Shown: one piece after another, positions 56,439 through 64,000 of the stretch
Layout: each line of letters begins with the position of its first letter
Numbering within the stretch: position 1 is the first letter of the stretch
DNA from: Octopus vulgaris
Taxonomy: Eukaryota
Assembly (NCBI GenBank): GCA_951406725.2
Contig: OX597837.1
Coordinates: 44,826,001 to 44,890,000, forward strand
Length of the DNA stretch: 64,000 nt
Direction: 5' to 3'
Notes under the pieces: generated by a model
The model's input: only the letters and a program-made list of their open reading frames with translations
The model's database searches: none
What the model was told of the DNA's origin: nothing
Translations under genes and position numbers: made by a program

Positions 56439-57484
56439 CAGTAAAAATTTAGATTCAGATGAATATGGTACTTAAGTTGAGGCACCAGAGTTTAGTACGG
56501 TATTAGCCATACAATTTCAAAATTGTCTTCCACGCCAAATACGCGACTTGTCCCTTCCAATGTGTGTTGTATGTATGTATGTATGTACGTATGTTTGTAT
56601 GTTTGTATGTATGTATGTATGTATGTATGCATGTATGTATGTACGTATGTATGTATGTATTTATTTATGTATATATGTATGTATGTATGTATGAATGTGT
56701 ATACAACGGATTCTTTCACAGTTTCCGTCAACCAAATTCACTCAGAAGGGAAAAGTCACTATAGTAGAGGATACTTGCACAATATTCCACAGCGTAAAAC
56801 CGAACCCGAAACCATGTGGTTGAAAAGAGGTCTTCTTAACCACACGGCCAAGCCAGACACAAATTGTATATAACATATTGCACTTTCCCATATTTTCGAA
56901 TTCAACACTATTGATTATTTTCATTTCTCTCATATTCAGCAGATACTATTTTCTTTTCGGATTAATCAAACTGTTATTTATACCGAAAGCAATTATGGAA
57001 TACGGTATGGATTATCTACACCATTGTTTATCCTGTGCAAAGAATATGTATCCAAACGTGTGAAGTCCAGTATTTCAATGAAATCTATCGGCCATATTTT
57101 GCTTCACGTCTTTACTCCGTACTCGCCAGAATAACATTTGTCTATGTAACATTATCTTCAAGTGGTTGATCCATCGGTTTTCTTTTCCAAGAATAAGCTC
57201 TTCACATACAGAGATGAGTGGCGATATCTTAAAGCGTTAATCTTACAAACTGGCCATTCCACACACTCAAGGATTACATCCCGATCTAAAATTAATTCTG
57301 GAGGCAATGATATTTCTTACAACTGTTTTTCTTTTTCTTTCATTTGGCGAAATGGTATCGAGGAATATGCAATTGTCCAGCAACAGAAATCAATATTGCC
57401 GTGTTATCTACAGTTAATTCTGTGTTGATTGATTTCTGCCGTCAAAGGTAGAATTGTCAGGAAACACTCCTACTTAATTCATAA

Positions 57485-57990
57485 GATGCAGGTATGGCTG
57501 TGTACTCGAGACACTCGCTTTGTAACCATGTGGTTTTGGGTTCAGTTCCACTACACGGCACTTTCGGAAAGTGTTTCTCCTATTGCCCCAGACTGACCAA
57601 TGCTATTAGAGTGAAATTGGTAAACGTGTATGCATGATACACACACATACACACATATATATATATATATATATATACATACATATACATATATATACAT
57701 ATATATATATATATATAAATACATATATATGTATATATATATATATATATATACACACACGCTCACATGTATACATATATCAACGCGTGTGTACGCCTTT
57801 GTTTTTGTGTGCTCCAGCCGCCGCTTGGCAAATGGTGTTCGTTTGTAACTTAGCGGTTCGGTAAAAGAACCGATAAAATAATTATCAGACTTGAATAAAA
57901 ACAAAATGATTACGGGACTCGACTTGTTCAACTAAACCTTTCAACGCGTTGCTCCAGCAAGGACGCAATCCAATGATTTAAGTAAGAACG
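57485..57990 (+). mobile_element. Old family-A SINE
   Basis: gcaggtatggctgtgt...gggttcagttccact...cttagcggttcggtaaaag...gctccagca. Confidence 0.75.
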
Positions 57991-58021
57991 AACAGATACC
58001 GATTTTGATCAACTTCTTATT

Positions 58022-58409
58022 TGTTGTTTACAGGGTTCTCATTTCCTCTTGAGTATTTCCAAAGAAATGGTTGTTGGTCAGCACGTTAAGATTTTGTAAT
58101 CCTGATCTCTGATCTCTGAGGGTTCTTCGTGTTCCTACTCTCGACTGAGAACGCGATCTATTAGTTTCTTGTGCAAACGCAATCGCTAAATACCGAATAA
58201 ACATTTCTGCATTATACATTGAACGCACATGTTATGTTGCACGTTCGGATGCCTCTAATCATCTCTACTCTGCCTCTCACCGCTACTCGCGATTCTGTTC
58301 TACTACTACTCTCACCGCTACTCAACTGTGCTCTCGCTGTCTAGGCTTCTCCCTCTATATCTACGTATTGGGCTAGCCTACTTCATCGTCTGGGGGCGTC
58401 CACACAACA
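58022..58409 (+). mobile_element. Possible solo LTR
   Basis: TGTTG...CAACA termini, internal AATAAA near 58196, composition distinct from flanks; no matching TSD seen. Confidence 0.35.
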
Positions 58410-58493
58410 GTGCAATAAACGACACGACTTTAGTCGCCATGAACAGTTACCCTTCATAATTTTCTGCAGATTTATCATATAAAATGGTAATTA

Positions 58494-58533
<40 letters not shown>

Positions 58534-59159
58534 CACACACACACACAGGCACACACACAGGCACACACACACACGCAAACACACACACATTATACTAATA
58601 GTAGTTTTTAATACACAAAATATTAATTACCGGTTTTAGAAATCAAAATACTTGAGCATTAGAATAAGGTGTGAGGTGAGCGCAGAGCTTAAGATTAACT
58701 GCTGACTGGTCTTGGGAAATGGTGTGACATAAAACAGTCCAGTCAGAGGTGATTGCCCTGTTTGTTATAGTAGAGACATCTGTAGGTCAATGAAGAAGAT
58801 TACGTGACACCTGGCCTATTGTCATTCATTAATAAGGATTATATATGTATGTATGTATGGATGGATGGATGGATAGATGGATGGATGAATGGATGGATGG
58901 GTGGATGGATGGATGGATGGACCTGTGTGTGTGTGTGTGTGTGTGTGTGCATTAGTACTGCGTTTCTAATTCACCACCGCTCTTCCCCAATTCACTCAGA
59001 ATTCGCGCATACTTATCGATCATTTAGTCATAAGAATACATCTCGGAACGTTTTATGGTTTGCCACGCCACTTTTCCTCTAAATGTCAGGACAAATGTAG
59101 GTAAGAAGGTCCTTGGATTTAGCAGATATCCATTTCCCCAGAACCCATAGATACAAGAT

Positions 59160-59340
59160 CGTTAGCTCCTACACGCATTTTTTCCTCTCCTTGTTTTTTT
59201 TCTGTGTATTTTTCTTTCGAAGAGCGTAGGCTCGAAACGTAAAAGACTTTTTCTATTCCTGAGCGCTATACTAATACATTTGTTTGTTTGTACTCCATCT
59301 GCCTTTGTCTTTTGTTTATTTTCGTAAACTTTCCATTGAT
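59160..59340 (+). mobile_element. Penelope-like terminal-repeat relic, same family as 2955-3152
   Basis: ttt-CTTTCGA-a-GAGC-gtag-GCTC-GAAA-cg-TA-aaa at 59211-59244. Confidence 0.6.
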
Positions 59341-60549
59341 ACAATAATCTAGTCTGAATTTAAAAGTAGACCACCGGACACTTAGTAAACCATTAATATC
59401 TGGTTTATCTCTGCTTGACATCGAATTATTGTAACGTGGGTTATCTCCCTTGTGTTTTCCCTTTTTGTCTCTTTAGAAGCGTCGCTTGTTTAAACGTTTT
59501 CAGCTCAAAAGGCAACTAAGAAACGGTTTTGTTTCCAGCTTGATAAATGGTGGAATAAATTACTCTTTCGATCAAGAAACCCTGGGAGCTGTTTTTTGAA
59601 GATCTGTGATTTTTTGTTTAAGATTTTCTTTGCTCTTGCTGATCGAGTGCTTTTTTACTTTTTGAAGTATTACCACATACATACTATATGTATCTATATG
59701 TTCGTATGTGTGTGTGTGTCGCAAAATATCTACATTCGATTACATTTAATGCGGTACCACGTCCAGCAGACATTCAACTGGTAAATGCTTGTGGGATGAA
59801 AGATAGATACTTGATTGAGTTTTCCGTGAGCAAAATCGAATGATCGAGCTGTCTGTTAAAAGACTGTTTCTAACACACACAGTTATTGTTTTCCTATAAT
59901 CTTCACATAATCACGCGGGGGTTGTATTTCGCTAATAAAGGAAATTTCTAATATTTCTAATCTATAACACGTTGGCATTAATGCTTTATGATATTTCAGA
60001 CAAATCTAATAAATATATTCAGAAACGGAACAAGGTGATACCGTATTTAGAAGAAATTGTGGACTTGTCACATGTTTCTGACATTTCCATAGTGAAAGTA
60101 TTAACGTAAGGATATAAGAGAAATTAGACACAGAACAAGGTCATGAGGATTCCTCCTACACAGTCGCTCTACATGCTAGAAATAATAGCCAGAAATAACA
60201 GCCAAATCTGTAACAATAATATGGAAGTGCCTGCAGCGATTCCTTTTTGTATTGAAGCAACACATAAAAAAGTATTTAATTTATGTCAATGGTACTATAT
60301 ATTAATAATAAATCATGTATTTCTTATCCTCAGGTTTTGGTAACATACTTTATTTTCATCTTGAGTTTGGGCTTTGAGTTTTAAAAAAAAGTTCTGTGTA
60401 AACTTAGACTGAACTGCATTGTTCCTATCCATACTGTATTATTTTGTAGATAAAACATTAAATTTGCATGATGAAACATATTCTCAGGTTTTTCTTAATG
60501 CTCGAGAACTTCTACGACACTCTTTACCAGCTGATGTTTTTTTTTCCTT

Positions 60550-60770
60550 CTCGAGCCATGCCTGGCTCATAAGGGCCGGTTTCCCAGTTTCCTTGGCGTC
60601 TAGATTCCCCACCTGGACGAGACGACGGTCCGTCGCAGGTGAGCTGCAAGATGCAGGAGGAAAGAATGAGAGAAAGTTGTGGAAAAAGAGTCAGCAGAAG
60701 TTCGCCATTACCTTCTGCCGGAGCCGCGTGGAGCTTAGGTGTTTCGCTCATAAACACACACATCGCCTAA
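60550..60770 (-). mobile_element. Family-C SINE, headless
   Basis: Colinear with 1095-1312. Confidence 0.75.
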
Positions 60771-61088
60771 TTTTTTTCAAAATCTACTGCGCAGACGCAG
60801 TCCTTCGCCGGCAATAAAAATATGCCAACTTTTAAAAACCGAAAATTATCCAAAAACTTACAATATTTAATCATAGCTGATCGCCTCGTGTTTATATATT
60901 TAATCTAAGGTGTACCTGTTGAAAACGATTTCACCTCGCGAGTAAAAGTTATTTACTTGCTAAACTAAAATCAGAAACCAATTGATCCAGGAAATTAGAT
61001 GTCAAAATGTTTTTATATTTTCATTTCGTTCCTGTCGAATTTTATCCCTAATTTCTAGCATGTTGAATCCCATGAGTGGATTCCTTGT

Positions 61089-61500
61089 GTGCTTAAATGT
61101 GAAGACGCAGGCTGGAAAGCGGAACATTTTCCTATCGAAGTCGGATGTAGAGGGTTTGTTGGACACAGCGTGAGACGACTGTTGTTATCGCTAGGCCTAA
61201 CTCATCGTAAAGTCAATACCACCATGACTGATATCCAATCTACAGTGGAGAAGGCTAGCCACTGGATTTGGTTAAAAAGAGACGATGAGCGATGGCTAGA
61301 AGTATATTGAGTTCTTCATAACCAGCTGATCTAGCAAGCGGGGCCTCATATCAGTGAGGGGGGCCGGTGCGCATTGATGCCGTCGAGAGGTAGGCCCCGA
61401 AACGGCGCGCATTCTCTCCTGATGACCCCATACACTTGCTAGCTTCCGGTGTACGGAGCTTTTAACTGGTAGCACTTGCATGTGCAAGTTGTTTGCAAGA
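61089..61500 (+). mobile_element. 5'-truncated HERO-like (restriction-like endonuclease) non-LTR retrotransposon: ORF C-terminus plus structured 3' UTR
   Basis: ORF 61089-61310 reads GWKAEHFPIEVGCRGF...EKASHWIWLKR, matching the P(V/I)EVGCRGF and A(S)xW(L/I)WLKR C-terminal signatures of HERO-clade RLE LINEs. The GTG start is an artefact of truncation. A GC-rich, highly self-complementary UTR follows the stop. Confidence 0.8.
61321..61470 (+). ncRNA. Candidate non-circularly permuted (pseudoknotted) hammerhead ribozyme in LINE 3' UTR
   Basis: Stem III GCCG 61379-82/CGGC 61403-06; UC at 61383-84; stem I GAGAGG 61385-90/TCTCTC 61413-18; GAAA 61399-402; CTGATGA 61419-25. Extra helices: GGGGCC 61360-65/GGCCCC 61393-98, GGGG 61340-43/CCCC 61426-29, CTAGCAAG 61331-38/CTTGCTAG 61435-42, hairpin CCTCA/TGAGG 61344-59. 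Confidence 0.7.
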
Positions 61501-61994
61501 CATCTACAGAAAGGGAGACAGAAAAAACAAGGAGAGAAAAAATAAGCTGCTTTGGTACCTGGATTAGATGTTCATGTGAATGTGGATGCTGAGACAGAAC
61601 TGATCATCAGGGAACAATTTATAGTATTTACGGAGAGAAAATCCTTCCAAGCAACAATAATGAAGAAACGTACGTAGGAACTAATAATATTGATTTCTAA
61701 TTGTGGCACAAGGCCAGCAATTTGGGGAAAGAGGATAAGTCGATCAGATCGACTCCCCAGTGTCCAACAGGTACATATTTTATCAACCCCGAAAGAGGAA
61801 CTAATAATGTGAATTGGAAATCATCTTAAATTTTTGCTAAATGTGATTTGTATTTCATAACTTGCAATACAATTAAGTAATGCAGTTACCTGTCCGCTAT
61901 ACTGGTAGCAGATTGGAATACGATAATCGATTTTGAATCTCTGAGCATGAAAGTAGCAGTCATACATCTATTTGTACACACTAGATATACTACA

Positions 61995-62045
<51 letters not shown>

Positions 62046-62057
62046 TATATATATATT

Positions 62058-62097
<40 letters not shown>

Positions 62098-62217
62098 CAC
62101 ACACATATATATGCTTATATATACAAGCAAAAATAGCTAGTTCTAAAATCTCAAGAATTGATCAGAGTAGTAACTATACAAAAAGTAGTCAGTCGCCACA
62201 TTATCACACACACACTC

Positions 62218-62304
<87 letters not shown>

Positions 62305-62427
62305 TATATATGCATGTATGTATATATATGCCTATTTATCTGTATCTTTGCATCTTTCTATATCCATCCATCCATCCATCCATACATACATACATACATA
62401 CTTACATATATACATACATACATAAAT

Positions 62428-62482
<55 letters not shown>

Positions 62483-62883
62483 TACATATATATATACATT
62501 ACATATATATATTCAATTTTAGATAGGTGGATGTTTATATGCAGTAATGTTTGTATGTATGGGTACGTACATACATGCCTACATGCATAGTCATACATAT
62601 CAACACATGTGTATACATTCGTCTATCATAACTTTCTGAAGAACTTTCCTAAAAACAAAGTATACATTTAATCTAATTTTTCAGATCTACGTGAAAGATA
62701 ACAATTCTGTTTAACATATTTAAAAAAAATAATTTCGGTGTGTAAAGATGCCTCCATACACGCAAACGTATTTGCACAGCTGTATTATTAGAACTTACAT
62801 GCAATCACATATGTAACACATGCATAATACATACGTAACATAATACATACAAGCATACACACACATATATACATCCACATATA

Positions 62884-63022
62884 CAGGGTGTCCCTAAAAA
62901 ATGTATTCACACATTGAAGCAGTATAAAGTCAGTTTTTATCAAAATGTATTTCAAAATTAATTACAATCTACAAACACATTTTAACTTTTCTACGAATGG
63001 ATGTTTTCAGTTTGAACACCCT
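62884..63022. mobile_element. Possible Tc1/mariner-type MITE
   Basis: TA|cagggtgtcc start and gaacaccct end. Confidence 0.4.
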
Positions 63023-63162
63023 AATATTTCCAAATATCACGAAACATTTCATTCGCTTTTTATGCGTCTCCCCCTTCACTGGCTGCCATGAATTCATTGC
63101 TGGCTTTGTACTCTACGTTTTATTTTTTTAAGCATTCCCAAAAACAAAACTGTAGTGGTATA

Positions 63163-63668
63163 GGCGGCGAGCTGGCAGAAACGTTAGCACTCCGGGCGAA
63201 ATGCGTAGCCGTATTTCATCTGCCGTTATGTTCTGAGTTCAAATTCCGCCGAGGTCGACTTTGCCTTTCATCCTTTCGGGGTCGATTAAATAAGTACCAG
63301 TTACGCACTGGGATCGATGTAATCGATTTAATGCATGTGTCTGTCCTTGTTTGTCCCCTCTGCGTTTAGCCCTTTGTGGGTAGTAAAGAAATAGGTATAG
63401 GCGTAGGAGTGGCTGTGTGGTAAGTAGTTTGCTTACGAACCACATGGTTCCAGGCTCAGTCCCACTGTATGACACCTTGTACAAGTGTCTTCTGCCGACC
63501 AAAGCCATGTGAGTGGATTTGGTAGACGAAAACTGAAAGAAGCCAGTCGTATACATGTATATATATATATGTATGTGCGTGTATATGTTTGTGTGTCTGT
63601 GCTTTCCCACCGCCGCCACCATCGCTTGACAACCGATGCTGGTGTGTTTACGTCCCCGTAACTTAGCA
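63163..63668 (+). mobile_element. Family-B SINE (63163-63395) directly followed by 3'-truncated family-A SINE (63400-63668)
   Basis: Both heads recognisable; ggtataggcg at 63157-66 and 63394-403. Confidence 0.88.
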
Positions 63669-63704
63669 TAGATTGACTTGAACTCTGGCAATATGTTACT
63701 AGTA

Positions 63705-63981
63705 CAATAATGTTTCGATATACGAGTTAATTTCTTCCCGGAAATCACTCGTAAAACGAAAACTCGTAAAACAGAGTAGCAATTTCTCATAGTAGCAATG
63801 AAATTTTATGCCCTCATTTCACTCCCGCGCTGTGTAGACAAGACAGAACCAGCGTCGCCACCTGTTGCGACGTTGCCATACACACACAATGGTTATTTGA
63901 CCTTTTTATATTTATTGTAAAACAAAACTCGTAAACCAGGGGTCTCGTAAAGCGGGGTCCCCGTTAAGTAAGGTATTACTG
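63705..63981. mobile_element. pogo/Tigger-like MITE
   Basis: TA|caataatgtttcgatatacg...cgttaagtaaggtattactg|TA degenerate TIRs; subterminal ctcgtaaa repeats near both ends. Confidence 0.6.
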
Positions 63982-64000
63982 TACTTTCCTGACATTGTGG

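Noticed and set aside
57060-57430. Unique non-repetitive stretch as a host exon or transposase remnant
   Set aside because: The one ORF here (57162-57428) and the minus-strand frames I read, which contain stops, show no motif I can recognise; a BLASTX search is needed.

Overview
This is an AT-rich, microsatellite-saturated animal genomic window. Its tRNA-derived SINE families resemble those I recall from octopus/coleoid cephalopod genomes, but that taxon call is from memory and unverified. I can support no host protein-coding exon. Nearly all ORFs in the track are translations of (TA)n, (CA)n, (TATG)n, (GATA)n and trinucleotide tracts, or of SINEs. The window holds: at least four SINE families, some in head-to-tail concatemers; LINE relics (CR1, RTE-like, R4/Dong-like, HERO-like, and an ORF1-only L1/Tx1-like element); Tc1/mariner, DD37D-like and pogo-like DNA transposon relics; a non-autonomous Helitron; a 5S rRNA pseudogene; a 35-bp minisatellite; and Penelope-like terminal-repeat relics with fold-back inverted repeats and minimal hammerhead motifs. 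The most striking observation is at 61321-61470, in the 3' UTR of the HERO-like LINE. It contains a complete hammerhead ribozyme core (GUC site, GAAA, CUGAUGA, paired stems I and III) in a strand order that is not a circular permutation, with stem II replaced by a multi-helix junction. All pairings and translations were done by eye.
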